From NCBI GenBank assembly GCA_015680685.1, contig MNCI01002704.1, positions 174,701-238,700 on the forward strand: a stretch of DNA of 64,000 nt, given 5' to 3'. Below, one piece after another: positions 1-13,439 of the stretch. The notes below the pieces were generated by a model. That model was not told where the DNA came from. It was given only the letters and a program-made list of their open reading frames with translations, and made no database searches. Position numbers and translations under genes: made by a program. The first letter of the stretch is position 1; every line of letters begins with the position of its first letter. The DNA comes from Gnetum montanum (lineage: Eukaryota > Plantae > Gnetophyta).

Positions 1-129
1 TGACACCCCTAAAGGTTGACATGCATGGTTGATAAACTATTGATTTGGCCTGGATATAACTTTCTTGATTGGGGGATACCTCTTCCATGCTACGTCTTCA
101 ACCCTTATCATGGAAGAAATGGGGAAGCT

Positions 130-1260
130 TAGACATTAGACATTGATGGCCAACACTAGCAATCCTGTGAACACTCATGCATAATCAGATTGATCATAAA
201 AGGGGAAAAATATTTTTCCCAAATTTTCCATGCTGAGCATGGAAGCCCCAACATGGAAAAACAGGAAAAGCCCAAAAGTTACCTAATGACCCTTGAAACA
301 ACCAAATTTTAACATATAGTATTATTACTTAACACTAGCAATCTTAGAAGCCTGCATGCATGACTAAAAGTGACCATAGAAGATCAAAAAACATTTTTCC
401 TAATTTTCCAAATTGAGCATGAAAGCCCTCATGTGAAAAAATGGAGGAAAGCCTAAGAAATGCCTAGTGACTCTTGAAACAGCCAAATTTTAACATCAAG
501 TAGCAGTAGTCAACACCAATAACCTTGGAAGCCTACATGCATGATTGAAAGCATCCAAAAATGATCAAAAACCTTTCCTCAAAATTTTCCACATTGAGCA
601 TGGAAGCCCCAATGTGGAAAAAAGGAGGCAAGCTCAAAAAATACCTAGCAACCCTTGAAACAGCCAAATTTTGACATCAAGTAGTAGGAATTAACACTGA
701 CAACCTTGGAAGCCTGCATGCATGACTAAAAGTAGCCAAAAATGATCAAAAATATTTTTTCCAAATTTTCCACACTGAGCATTGAAGCCCTAATGTGGAT
801 AAGGAAGGGAAGCTTAAAAAATACCTAGTGGCCCTTGAAACATCCAACTTTTAACATCAAGTAGTAGTAGTCTACACTAACAACCTTGGAAGCTTACACC
901 CATGACCGAAAGTGATTAAAAATGACCAAAATGCTTTCCCAAAAATTTTCCATACTAATCATGGAAGATCCACAATGGAAAATAGAGGTAATCCCAAACA
1001 TTACTCATTGACCTTCAAAATAGCAAATTTTTAGCACCAAGCATTGACCATTGTCACTAGCAATCTCAAGGACCTACATGCATGATCAAAAATGATGCAA
1101 AAGTATGAAAATCTATTTTCCCCCACTTTTCCACACTTGGAATACTATCCCTAGTATGGAAAAAGAGGGGAAAGCTTAAAATCCACTTCAAAAATGTATA
1201 AAATAACAAGTTTTCACTCCAAACCCTAGTCTTTAGTCCTGGTAGCCACAAAATCTGATA
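130..1260. repeat. ~180-181 bp tandem repeat array (about 6 units) in the pre-pol spacer of copy A
   Basis: The block TTTTCCA(C/T)(A/G)CTGAGCATGGAAGCCC...GGAAAA recurs at ~224, 404, 585, 766, 945 and 1127. More degenerate units continue to ~2900. Confidence 0.9.
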
Positions 1261-3244
1261 TGCATGCTTGATTAAAATTAAAATTGGGCTAGATCTAAGT
1301 TTTATGATGTCTCCACACTAGAAAATTTTCCCTCCATGGTGCTTAGTGTGAAAATCAAGGAGACCCATTTGGAGTCCATAACTACCTCAAAATAACATTA
1401 ACTAAACTTGCATACACTCTAGGACCTTGCCAACATCATTTGCAGCCTTCAAATTTTAAGAAACTAATGTCATAAGGCCAACCTTTGATTTTCCCCAATT
1501 TTCCACACTGATCATCCTAGTCTCAACATGGTAAAAAGGGATAAAGTCTAAAAAATTCTTATAAATCTCAAAAATGACCAAAATTTGACACCAAACCTTA
1601 GAACTCAACCCCTATAACCTTGGAGGCTAACATGCATAGTCTATATTGAAGTTAAAATTTTCCTAGACCTAAGTTTCATGAATTTTCCACACTAGGAATC
1701 CCTTTTTCCATGTTGAGGATGGTATCCCTGGTGTGGAAACTTACGGGGAATCTTGTTTGGAGCCCCTAAACACTTTAGAATGACATTAAATGACCTTTCA
1801 TGCACTCTAGAACCTTGGTAGGGGCCATTGGAGCCATTAAGCTTCATGAAATTAATCCCAAATGGTCAAAAAGTGGTTCCCCCTAATTCCCCCAACTAAG
1901 CTCTCCATCCTTAGCATGGAAGAAGGGAAAAAACTAAAAAAAAAACACTTAGGGATGTCCAAAACTACTAAATTTTGACATGGATCCATAGCCCTTGACC
2001 TTGGCAACTCTAGGAGGTAACATGCATAGTCAATTATGATCTGAATTGTCCTAGAACCAAGATTCTTACTTCCTCCACATTGGAGTAACTTCCCCAGCAT
2101 GGAAACAAGGGGGGAAAGCTAGTTTTCCACTTTTGGTGGTAAGATGGCACTCCTGGAAGCTAAAGATCTACACCAGAGAAGCCCAAGACCTCATAGCCTC
2201 AAGATTTTACTTATCTAACCTTATTTCAACCTTAAAAATTCATTCCCCCCATTCTTCGACACTAAAGTAACTCCCCCACCATGGAAATAAGGGGAAAGAC
2301 CTTAAGTTCCCTTAAACAACTTTCAAACATGTCTAAAATCAGCTAGAAACTTGCAGAATCAAAGTTAATGGTCTTAAGGGCCTAGAGACCTAGTTAAACT
2401 ACCCAAAAATCAATATAAATTCATAAAAAAGAGTGTCCATTATTTTTATACCCTAAGGATACTATGCCCAACATGGAAAAAATGAGGAGAAAAGTCATTT
2501 AGACATCTATTGACACAAAATGGCTTGAAATTGCATCAGAATGAAGCTAAGAGATGCAAAAGTTCTAGATCTAGAATCTAGCTACCTATTTGATCATATT
2601 TTATCTCATTTTTTCTTTGATTATGATTTTCCATGCTAAACATCCTCTTTTCCACACTAGCCAAAATGAAAATAAAGGGGGAAGGCTTTAGAACTCACTT
2701 TTTGGCCTTTATAGACCTTTGGAGTGCTTAATTTTGAGGGATATGACCCTACGCTACCTTAGGAAGGTGTTGGAACCATAATTATGGACCTTTGATCACT
2801 AAAATACCTATATTTTTTAGTCTCCATACTAAGGGTCCCTATTTTCATGTTGAGCCTAGCATGGAAGCCTTAAAACACTTGATTTTTGGGTTTAAACAAC
2901 CTAGAAACAACCCTAATTAATGCCTAAACTCACCTAATAGTCCTATAGCCTCGAAACATGTATGCTAAGGTGTAAAACTAGAAAAAACATAATCAATTTT
3001 TAGCCTATATTAATCAAATTTTATCATATATAACCTATTTTGGTTAATTTCTTCCTTATTACATAATGTTTTGATTGGTTGTAGACTTATGTTACCTTGT
3101 TGATCTTATTAACCTTCTATGGCCTTTATACAAACTTATATGTTTATTTTTTATCTTATTACAACCCTATTTGCCTTTTTTTGACCTTTAAATGGTATTA
3201 AATAGTGGGGTTTATCCTTCCTTAACAACCATTTTACACCATAT

Positions 3245-3390
3245 GACCATGGCCTGCTAAGGCCTTAAACTGGCATCCTAGTCCATGAAGACTACAAACT
3301 AGCATCATGGCCTACGAAGGCCTTAAATTGACATCATAGTCTACTAAGACCTTAAACTAACATCATGGACCACTAAGTCCTTAAACTAGA
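3245..3390 (+). repeat. ~29-30 bp minisatellite (GGCCTACTAAGGCCTTAAACTAGCATCAT), about 5 units, upstream of pol
   Basis: Direct reading of repeated units; the same unit occurs at 6970-7060, 10545-10600, 26980-27040, 41500-41790, 46940-47020, 50670-50770 and 60150-60720. Confidence 0.85.
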
Positions 3391-3615
3391 AAAATTATGA
3401 CCTTTATTGAGCATTTGTAGCTCTTATACTACCCCTTGCTTGACCTTTATGTGATCTTTATTTCCCTCTATTGCACTTTTCCAAATTTACCTTATCTCAT
3501 TGATGATCTTGGATGGCCTTGATTGCATTAGATTTGCATATGTTTTATTGAATTTTAATATTTTTTATTCACTTTTACCCAAGTGCCACTTAATATGCTT
3601 TTGATTGATATGCAA

Positions 3616-6600
3616 GATGAAAGTATGAATACTTGGAAGCAAATTAGTTTGCCTTTGTGTCTACATGGACCTCACATTGATATTAAACTGTGTATCAACC
3701 CTGATTGCCTGGATATTGAGCCTGAGATTCTTGTAGACCACATAGCCTCAATAGAAGAACCTCTAGTATGGCCTAAAAACCTAGACAAAACCCTTGACAT
3801 AGAATTAGGAGACATAACCGAGGATCCTCTAGTTGAGGTTCCTGTTACAACACACAGTGGTGAGGAGAAAACCCTTAAACCAAGTTCCTCACTAGAAGCT
3901 AAATGTGTCCAAGATATCACCAAAGTCTTACAGAATAACATTAAGGCATTTTCCTAGTCATATGAAGATATACCATGCCTAGACCCCCATCTAATCTAAC
4001 ACAACATCATATTGGACCCTAGCATTAGACTAGTTAACCAAAAAGTGTGCATTTGGCCTAGGTAGTTCATGATGAAATCTTAAAGCTCTACCAATCATGT
4101 TTCATTAGGGTTGTCAATTATGCAACATGGGTATCTGACATAGTGGTAGTCTCTAAGAAAAATGGGATTATCTGTATTTACATTGATTTCTAAGACCTAA
4201 ATAAAGAAACCATCAAGGATAACTTCCCTTTGCCCAGCATTGATTAACTTATCAATACTACAACTGGACATGCCTTGTTGTTCTTTATGGATGAATTATT
4301 AGGATATAACCAAATTAGGATCAACCTAGAACACCAAATTAGCATAACCATTATGATTCCATGGGGTAGTTTTGTTATAGCATGATGCCCTTTGGCCTTA
4401 AGAAAATTGAAGCAACATTTCAAAGAGCCATGAACTATATCTTTAGTGATTACATGTTAGGTATGCTTAATGATTACATAGATGACATAGCTGCCAACTC
4501 TAAGATAGTTGATAATCATGCTAATTACCTCAATCCTATGCTTAAACAATGCCTCAAATATGAGCTTAGGCTCAATCCTAAGAAGTATGTCTTCAGTGTC
4601 AATATTGGTAAGATGCTTGGCTTTATAGTCTCTGAAGTAGGGATACATGTAGACCCTGATAAGATTCAGGCCATATCCAAATTAGTAGCACCTAACAACC
4701 TCAAAGAGCTTCAAGGATTACAAGGTAGGTTATAGTTTATTTGTAGATTTATCACTAGGCTTACAGATAAGTTACAACCCATGCAACACTTGCTTAAAAA
4801 AGGAGTTCACTATGAGTGGATGGTTCAATGCCAAGAGGCCTTTGAAAACCTTAAGCAATAGTTGACACAACTATCAACACTCTATCCCCCTTAAGAGGGT
4901 AAACAATTTTACATTTATCTCATCATCTCTAATACATCTATTGCCTTTCTACCCTATTAGAAACATGATGATAGAGTAGAAATGCTTGTATACTACCTTA
5001 GCCACATGTTAGTTGCCCATGAGGCCTAATACATAGAAGTGAAGAANGAAGTTTGATATCCGTTACATCTCTCAATCCTCGATAAAAGGTCAAACTATAG
5101 CTATACAACTCATATTTTTACTTGTTGATGACAAAGTAGCCATAGATCCTAAGTTCCCTGATGAATTCATTAACATAGTTAGCAATTTCCTAATGGTTAT
5201 GAGGTAGTCATCAACTTTAACTAAGCTTCAACTACCCATGTGGCTAGTGCTAATACCATTGTAACATTTCTATCTGGTAAGATCTAACTCTTTGCCTATC
5301 ATTTTGAGTTTCTTGTACCAACAACATAGTGCAATATGAGGGTTTGATAAGAGGAATAATGGTAGCTTGTGACCTAGGAATTAAATACCTAGCCATCAAA
5401 GATGATTTACAACTCATGGTTAACAAAGTAACCAAAGTTTATGCATGAAGAGCTAACAACTTACTATCTTACTGTGACCTAGGGAAGTAGTTATTACAAT
5501 AATTCATAGATGTTGATATCCAACACATACCACAAAATGAAAATTCCATGGTTTATGAAATTACAACACTAGCCCTTAGTGTGATACCAAATGTGTTTAG
5601 CAAGCTGCCAACTTTAATTGTGGACTATGCTACTTCCATCATATAGAACACTAAGGATACCTTTATGGCCATCACTCATACTTCTCATCCCAAGGAGTGG
5701 TATGACCATATTAAATGTTATGTTATGCATGGTGAATCCTCACAAGGATTTACTACCACTCATAATGACATCATACATAAGTGATTGAAGCAGTGTATCA
5801 TCATAGGTGATAATACATTATGTCAACAATCCTATGATGACATACTCCTGAAGTGCTATGGTAAAATCGAAGCCAAAACAATCCTAGAAGAGGTTTACAA
5901 GCATGTTTGTGGAGGACATATAGGACCCAAAGGCATGGTCACTATGATTAGATGGCTAAGGTACTATTGGCCCCATATGGAAAATGACTAATTGCAAAAG
6001 GTCAAACGATGTGACACATGCCAGCGATATAGCAACATGATACATGTATTGCCAACTAAGTCACATACAACCTAGATAATATGGTCATTTCAATGATGGG
6101 GGTTGGACATCATTGGACCTATAATACCTAAGTCTTCAATAGGCCATAGCTTCATCATCACTACAACCAAATACTTCACCAAGTGGGTTGAGGCTATTCC
6201 CCTAAGGAAGACCACATCTAAAAAATTTTGCAAATTTATCCTAGATAACATTGTAGCTCATTTTGGAATACCCATGAACATAGTTACAAACAATGGACCC
6301 CAATTTAGTAGCCATGAAACTAAGGATTTTTTTCACAACCTAGGCATTAAGAATTTTTTTCTAGTCACCTTATCACCCTCAAGCCAATGGACATGTAGAA
6401 GCAAGCAACAAGTCCATCATCAACTTGCTTAGGAAGATACTCAACAGTAGCAAGTGGAAGTGGAATGAATGGCTTGTCCATGCACTATGGGCATGCAGAA
6501 CAACCTATCACATGACAATCAAGATGATCCCTTATAGCCTTGTTTATGGTTCCAAAGCTATTTTACCTCTTGAATTGTAGATGCCATTACTTTAAGTAGC

Positions 6601-6940
6601 CATGACTAACTTCATCAATGACAAGTAGAGCAAGGAGTTGTAAATACTAGTCCTCAATTCAATGGAAAAATGGCATATGAAAATGCTTTCTCACATTGAG
6701 AACTATTAAGAGAGGTAAAAGCAAAAAAATAACCATGAGTTGATAATGCACAAGATCAAGGAGGGAGACCTAGTTCTCAAGGCTATTCTTGAGCATTCAT
6801 ACAAGTTTCTAACTAATTGGTAAGGATCCTTCATTTTCATAAAATCCTATAAGAATGAATCATTCAAAATAGCTGACATGGATGGAAATGAGCTAGGAAA
6901 TCTAGTCAATCATTCCTATCTAAATCCATACTACATGTAG
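3616..6940 (+). pseudogene. pol: Degenerate pol (RT, gypsy RNase H, archaeal-type RNase H, integrase) of copy A
   Basis: MPFGLK..ATFQRAM and YIDD (4382-4735); aRH-like CTNNIVQYEGLIRG (~5315-5355); integrase H-x4-GH and DIIGPI..TKYFTKWVEAIPL..NNGPQF (5785-6432). Many stops and frameshifts. Confidence 0.92.
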
Positions 6941-7189
6941 CCAACAATCATTAATAAGTGAGCTTACTTTCAGTGGTCTGCTATGATCTTAAACAAGTAA
7001 CATGTCTTAATAGGACATTAAAATGGTACCATTGCCTAGCATGACTTTAAACTAGCACCTTTGATAACCTAGATAGCTTTATTCTCATGTGGCCTGTATG
7101 CATTGTAGTGTTATAATATGCAATGGTGTTTTGTATTCTTTGTTGATGCCTCTCAAGTCAATCCTCCAAGCATCAACAATAAGGGGCAT

Positions 7190-8736
7190 TGAAACACCAC
7201 AAAAATTTTCATATTATAATCAAACTTCATTATGTATTTTTCACCCCATGAAAACCAAGGTAAAACTTCATTGTAAATGTGAAAATTTTTATCCACAATG
7301 GACAATTTCACATACTTTATACTTTTGTAGTTGAAAAAGACCTCATAAGTGGTCAAAGCCTCATTCCCCAATTGAAAAATATTACCTAGTATCTATATTT
7401 GTCTTGGGAAATCAAAAATGGCTTTTGGAATGCCAAAAAAGGTAATTTGATGGGTTTTATGGGGGGTATACATTTTTCTAAGATAAAAACACATGTAGGA
7501 GGATAGATCTCACCTACCCCTAGCATGGAAGGGTGGAAAGTTTGGAAACTTTCCTCCTTCAACATGGAGACCATATGCATAGCCTAATTTTGCCCCTAAA
7601 TTTAGCATGGAAGATTTTCCCTAGCTTGTAAATGTTTCCCTCTTAGCGTGGAAGTTTTCCCCAATCTGAAGTCTTCATCCCCAACATGGAAAATTCAATC
7701 CCCCAATGTGGAAGCCACAAAAATTAAAAATTCATCAGTTCATGCACTTCAGTGTTGACCAACCACCTCAATAAGAATTATGGAGAGCTTAGCATGGAAG
7801 ATTCATCTCTAATGTGGAAGGTGTGCCCCAGTAACTATTTATAGTAAATGGAATGGCCATGGGGAGAAGCATGTACTATGTATGGTAACCCCCCAAATTT
7901 TTGCACCAATATCACCTAACTTTACAGCAAATTTACAACCATATTTTCAACCAAATCATAGCCAATTTGCATCCCCATTCATGGCCCAAAAAATCTATAA
8001 AATCCAACCTCAAACATCATTTATAAGTTCCAAGATTTTTAGCAAGCTTAGCAATTTTTCTAAAATTTCAAGCAAATTCTTAGCAAAGTTTAGGCATTTT
8101 TACAATTTCATACCTGAGGCATTTTCAAGCACTAAAGGGTTATTGCAATCTCCCATGTTCACATCCTCTTGAACCCCATAGTGGAAGCATAATCACCTTG
8201 ATATTTGGGGATTTTTGACATCAACATTGTACTTCAAGGATTCCCACCCCAGCATGGAGTAATCTAGCATCCAAATTTTCCACTTTTCTCACCTCCCCAA
8301 CATGGACCCAACTTGGAGATTTGAGGTTGTAGTAATGAAGAATGGTTTGATAGCATAAAGAGTTTCTTAGCAAATAGATCAGGGAGCAAGTCACATCAAC
8401 TTCAATGGTCTTTGAACTCTTGCATAAGTGAACCCCTTTTCTACTCATCTCGCACCATTTGTACATATTCCTCTAACTTATTCTTTGTTCTTTCTTAATA
8501 AAGTTTTATGTTTTGATTTTTTTTATTCAAAAATAAATTTATTTTCAATGGATTAATTGGATTTATTTATATTCCCATGTTTAACATCTCATAAGTCCCT
8601 AGTTGATCTATCAAACTAGCTAGGGCACCTTGAATCCTATTTTTCTAATGGAGGCCCTAGGAATTCAGGGTTGGGAAACTATTACACCAAGGATCCTTAG
8701 CTTTTTTTCTAGTTATTAAGGTTTTCAATTACAATA
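7190..8736 (+). mobile_element. 3' LTR of copy A
   Basis: Starts TGAAACACC after an AAGGGGCA purine tract and ends ...TTACAATA (decayed ...ACA). Homologous to the LTRs at 39140-40557 and 44882-46802. Confidence 0.75.
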
Positions 8737-11700
8737 GACATGCATAGCCAAAATTGATTAAAAAAAAACCAAAAACTACTCCTCTTTCATCCTCCATGTT
8801 AGATCCATGTTGGCCAACATGCAACCAGCATGGAACAAAGGGGATGAGCCCAGAAACTACCTAACAACCTTCAAAACTACAAAATTTTGATCCCATGCAT
8901 TAGCCATCAATACTAGTGACACTAGAAATGCACATTCATGATCAATAACCATTAAGAAATGCAAAAGATCCCTTTCCTAAGGTACTCCATGCTGGACAAT
9001 GTGGAGCCAACATGGAACTGAGGGGAATGACTCAAAAAAAAACACTCAAAAACCCTAGAAACTTCAAGATATTGACTCTAAAGCATAACCCTTAACATAG
9101 GAAACCTCGAGGGCTAACATGAATGGTTGATTATGGTCCAAAATGGTCTAAATCTAAAATTTATCATTTGTTCACATTGGGCATCCCTTCTTCCACGTTG
9201 CCCAATGTGGAGCTAGGGTTGAAGGATTACTTTTCCCATTTTTGCAATAAGTTGACACTTTGATGACCCAAAAACCTACACTGGTGAAGCCTAAGACCTG
9301 ATAGCCCTAAGATTTCACTAGTTTTATCTTTTTTTAGCCATTAAAACTCATCAGATCCCATCCTCCATACTGGATCAACCCCGAGCATGGGTCAAAAGGG
9401 ATGTGACGTTGCCTGGCATTAAAAAACCTTTAAAAATAACTAAAATTGACCAAAAGCTTTGGAAATCATAGTTTGTAGTCCTAGAGATCTAGAAACTTGG
9501 TAGACTTACTCTCTAGACCATTCTTTAACTAAAAAGCAAGGGTCCCACCTTTGATCCATGCTAGTTCCATATTGTCTAGCATGAAAACTACTTCAAACTT
9601 GTTCTAACACTCAAAACCTCATCCAGATGACCTAAAAACATAGTTAGGAGATGCTCAATTACTAGATCTTGGTTTAGGCTATCCATGAAATCTTGTTTAA
9701 TCTTGTTTTAGACTAGATTTAAATCATCTATGCTAAGCTACCCCTTTCATCCATGTTGATCAACATCGAGACAGGGGGTATAACTTTAAGGCTTGCCTTT
9801 TAACCTTTCTTGACCTTCTAAATGATCTATTTTGGTAGATCTAGCCTTGTGTTACCTTGTCAAGGCCCTAGAATCTCAATTTTGGTACTTTGGATGTCAT
9901 GCAACATGTTTTCCTTGGTCTCCATGCTCACTCGACACTAGATAGCATGGAGCTAGCATGGAAGAAACTTTTAAGCTCAAGGGATCCCAAAGGTTGAAAT
10001 AGGAGTCAAAAGTAGCCTATCACCTTCCCCAATCAACAATGCTAACATAAAATCCACCAAGAATCAAAAAATAGACAAAAAATGGCTTGAAAATCCTTTG
10101 GATATTTCCTCATTGCTAGGGATCACTACTTCCATGATGGCCAGTATGGAAATAGTGGAGCTCCAACATGAAGGCCTTTAAACCCTTGCATTTTTACTTC
10201 AAATAGCCTAGAAACAACCCTAATTAATGCCCAAACTAGCCCATGACCATTCTAGGCTCAATCCATGGCCTTCTAAGATCTAAAATTGGTAGAATCTAAT
10301 CCTTTTTTACCAAGTTTTGACCAATACTCACCAGGTGTATCCTACTAAGCTATGTTTGACTTTGTCTGATCATATCATGACCTATTATGCATTGTTGGCC
10401 TTTATTAGCCTTACTAGTACTTCCTATCTCAATATGTCAACCCTTTATTATTTACACTATAGCCTTATATAGTCTTTTTTAGCCTTTTATTGGTATTGGA
10501 TGGTGGGGTTTGGCCTTCCCTAACCACCATTTAACACCATGTGACCATGGCCTACTATGTCCTTAAACTAGCATCATGTTTCACTAAGGCCTAAAATTGG
10601 CAAAGTTGTGATCCTTGTTGACCATTTGTGGCCTTATTTCTCATACCTTTCTTTATTTGACCTTTTTTTGATCTTTATTTGACCCGTATTGCACTTTTTT
10701 TACATGTTTTTACTTTACTTATAGCCTTAGATGATATTATTTGCATTAGAATAACATGTATTTGCAAAATTTTACAGCATTTTAGCATTGTTTATTCACT
10801 TTTACCTAGGTTCCACTTAATATGATTTTGGTATACATGTAGGATGAAAGTATGAGTACATGGGAGTAGATTAGTTTACCTTTATGCCTAAATGGATCCC
10901 ATGGTAATGTTAAACTATGTATCTACCTTGATTGCTTAGTTCTCTAGCTCGAGAGTCTTTTTGCTCACATAGCCTCTATCGAAAAACCCTTAGAATCACC
11001 TAGAAACCTAGTTAAGACCCTTGACCTTGAGGCTAGCAACATAAATAAAGACTCTCTAGTTGAGGTTCTTATCATAACACACAATGGTGAGGAGAAAACC
11101 CTTAAACTAAGTTCCTCACTAAAACCTCAACAGGCTCAAGATAACCAAAGTCTTACAAAATAACATTAAGGCCTTCTCTTGGTCATATAAGGAGATAGGT
11201 CTAGACCCATGTTTAGTCCAGCACAACATCATACTTGACCCTAGCATTAGACTAGTTGAGCAAAAACTATGTAAGATTAGATCTAATTTAGCCTTAGCAA
11301 TTCATGATGAGATCTCAAAACTCTACCAAGTAGGTTTCATCTAAGCTATTAACTATGCAGAATGGGTGTCTAACATAGTGGTAGTTCCTAAGAAGAATGG
11401 TAGTATCTATATTTGCATTGATTTTTAAGACCTAAATAAAGTGACTATCAATGATGACGTCTCATTGCCTAGTATTGATTAACTTACTAATACCATGAAT
11501 AAAGATGCCTTGTTGTCCTTTATGGATGGATTCTAAGGACATAACCAAATTAGGATCAACCTAGAGCACCAACTTAGCATGACCTTCATGACCCCTTGGG
11601 GTACCTTCTACTATACCATGATTCCCTTTGGCCTTACGAATGCAAGAGAACCCTATCAACAAAACATGACCTATACCTTTAGTGATTACATGCTAGGTTT

Positions 11701-11748
11701 GCTTAATGATTATGTGGATGATATAGCCATTAAGTTCAAAGTGGCCAA
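8737..11748 (+). mobile_element. Same-family copy B fragment (spacer + 5' part of pol), probably the host into which copy A inserted; truncated after YVDD
   Basis: Spacer homologous to ~1400-3600. Pol from 10843 (CATGTAG|GATGAA) through MIPFGLTNA and YVDD (11579-11748). Confidence 0.8.
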
Positions 11749-11749
11749 T

Positions 11750-12382
11750 TATTATGAGAACTTGAGAGGTAATGTAATCATGTCTTAGAACCACAAGCAG
11801 TACATGCATAATAATTGGTAACTAAAGATAGACTAAAGAGGATATATTAGAGATCATGCATCATACCAGAGGCATTTCTAATTTCATAGGTATGCTAGGA
11901 GCTCATCTTGCTAATCATCATATCCTAACCTCTCTCTTCTCAAAGTTGCAATGTTATAGTAAGTTCTATGTCCAAGTATTTTCACAATTATATTTCTTTG
12001 CATTAACCTCATCATGTGTCTAATTCTAATCATTGTGTCTGAAATGTTAAACCTAAATGAATATCTTTATCTATTTATGGAAAAATGATGAAGAATCTAA
12101 TGGCAATTTATATATTAATTGTAAGTCCTAGATCTAGGAAAGTATTTTCTATCCCTAATGTTTTTAGTTTGGTGAATTCAGTTGAGGTTATTAATTTTTG
12201 ACAATGCATCCTTACTTCTTGTACCATATTCTAAAGCTTCATACCTAATACCAAATGATTTAGGATAATTATAGCTTTATTTGGATGTCTTGGGATCATT
12301 TCAACATGTGCCTTTGAGTTGCAACTTATTCTTATAGGAAAGTGATCAGCTATTGGTAATGGGGATGTAGTGACTTCCCTAC
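11750..12382 (-). mobile_element. Possible LINE (APE endonuclease) remnant, left part, interrupted by the Athila element
   Basis: Minus strand reads EVTTSPLPIADHFPIRI, resembling the C-terminal SDHxPI motif of L1-type endonucleases. It continues across the CCTAC TSD into 18208-18600. Confidence 0.35.
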
Positions 12383-13269
12383 TGATGAGTAGCTAGGTAT
12401 CCCTACACTCAACCATACGAATACGAGCATTCATGCATGATCTATTCGAACTCCATGGACAGGCTAGTTGTGGTATCTAGATAGTTACACGTTGATCGCA
12501 GTTCACTGTCTTCCCACCTGGACTAGTATTTTCTTTGTCACGTATGGTTTAGTCCAGAGTGAGGCGTATGATGTGATCCTAAACTACTACTACTCCTAGA
12601 GACAATGGAGAATAATCTTGATTAAACTAATGAGTAATAGGAAATTAGTCTAAGCTAACCTAAGTGCGATGAGCATCTGCTCCTTAATCATCCATACACA
12701 TCTTGGACCTTGTGCATGACTACTACTAGGATTACCAAGCGTAGATCCTAGGTACGCTACTGGGTTACCAAGTAGTCACACTTAAATGCTCGTGATTAAT
12801 TTGTACTCGTTCTGCATTTAACAATAGGAATAGTAAATGATGATAAGGAAATATTAACTAAGAAAGCAATAAATAAAAAAAACAATTAACAATAATAATT
12901 AAATAACAATTAAATAATTAAAACTAAGTGAATGCTGCAATGATGAAGTAATCTCAATCTTTATTTCTGGTCATGTGCACATCCAAGTACGTCACACACG
13001 AATAGAGGTTCCATACAATTACAAGCATCACACTGTGGGCATGCACTGGGAAAATATTCTAACTCCTATGGAAACAAACTGAAAGATTCTAGCTACAAAT
13101 GACAAAAGGATGCCTAAATGACATAGAGGGCCCTCTTATTTATAGGCCAAGATAGGTGGCTATGTAAATGGGGCATTCTTGACATAGCAAGGTTATGTCA
13201 ACAGGGCCTCATTGAAGTGGCTGTGTATATGCAACCCCATCGATGCATCAACTTAATGACACTTCATCA
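12383..13269 (-). mobile_element. 3' LTR of the Athila element (887 bp)
   Basis: Highly similar to 17292-18202; TG...CA termini; minus-strand TATAAATAAGAG at ~13133-13144; PPT (TCGTGGGGGTA on minus) at 13270-13280. Confidence 0.93.
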
Positions 13270-13439
13270 TACCCCCACGATTGAGGAAAAACTCATCCTC
13301 GAGTCAAAGTGAGGAACAAGCTCAATTGAATACACAGTGGATAGGTATGGGATTATTGACTAAATAGAAATTTATTCATGTCGCAGTGGAGAATTAAAAT
13401 AAATGTAGACACAGACACAGAAGACAAAACTAGCAAAAC

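Larger units (their letters stand above)
1..8736 (+). mobile_element. Tat/Ogre-like Ty3/gypsy LTR retrotransposon, copy A (3' part: spacer, pol, 3'UTR, 3' LTR); 5' end lies left of the window
   Basis: Colinear with the reverse complement of 44882-53600. Degenerate RT-RH-aRH-INT at 3616-6940, purine tract at ~7176-7188, LTR 7190-8736, after which copy B spacer sequence resumes. Confidence 0.85.

Noticed and set aside
130-1260. Regularly spaced repeats resembling a CRISPR-like array (also 60150-60720)
   Set aside because: Whole units are homologous with no unique spacers, the context is eukaryotic TE, and there are no cas genes; these are tandem satellites.
5040-5060. Apparent ~150-bp RNase H deletion in copy A
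   Set aside because: Coincides with a single N at 5047, most likely a collapsed contig join rather than biology.
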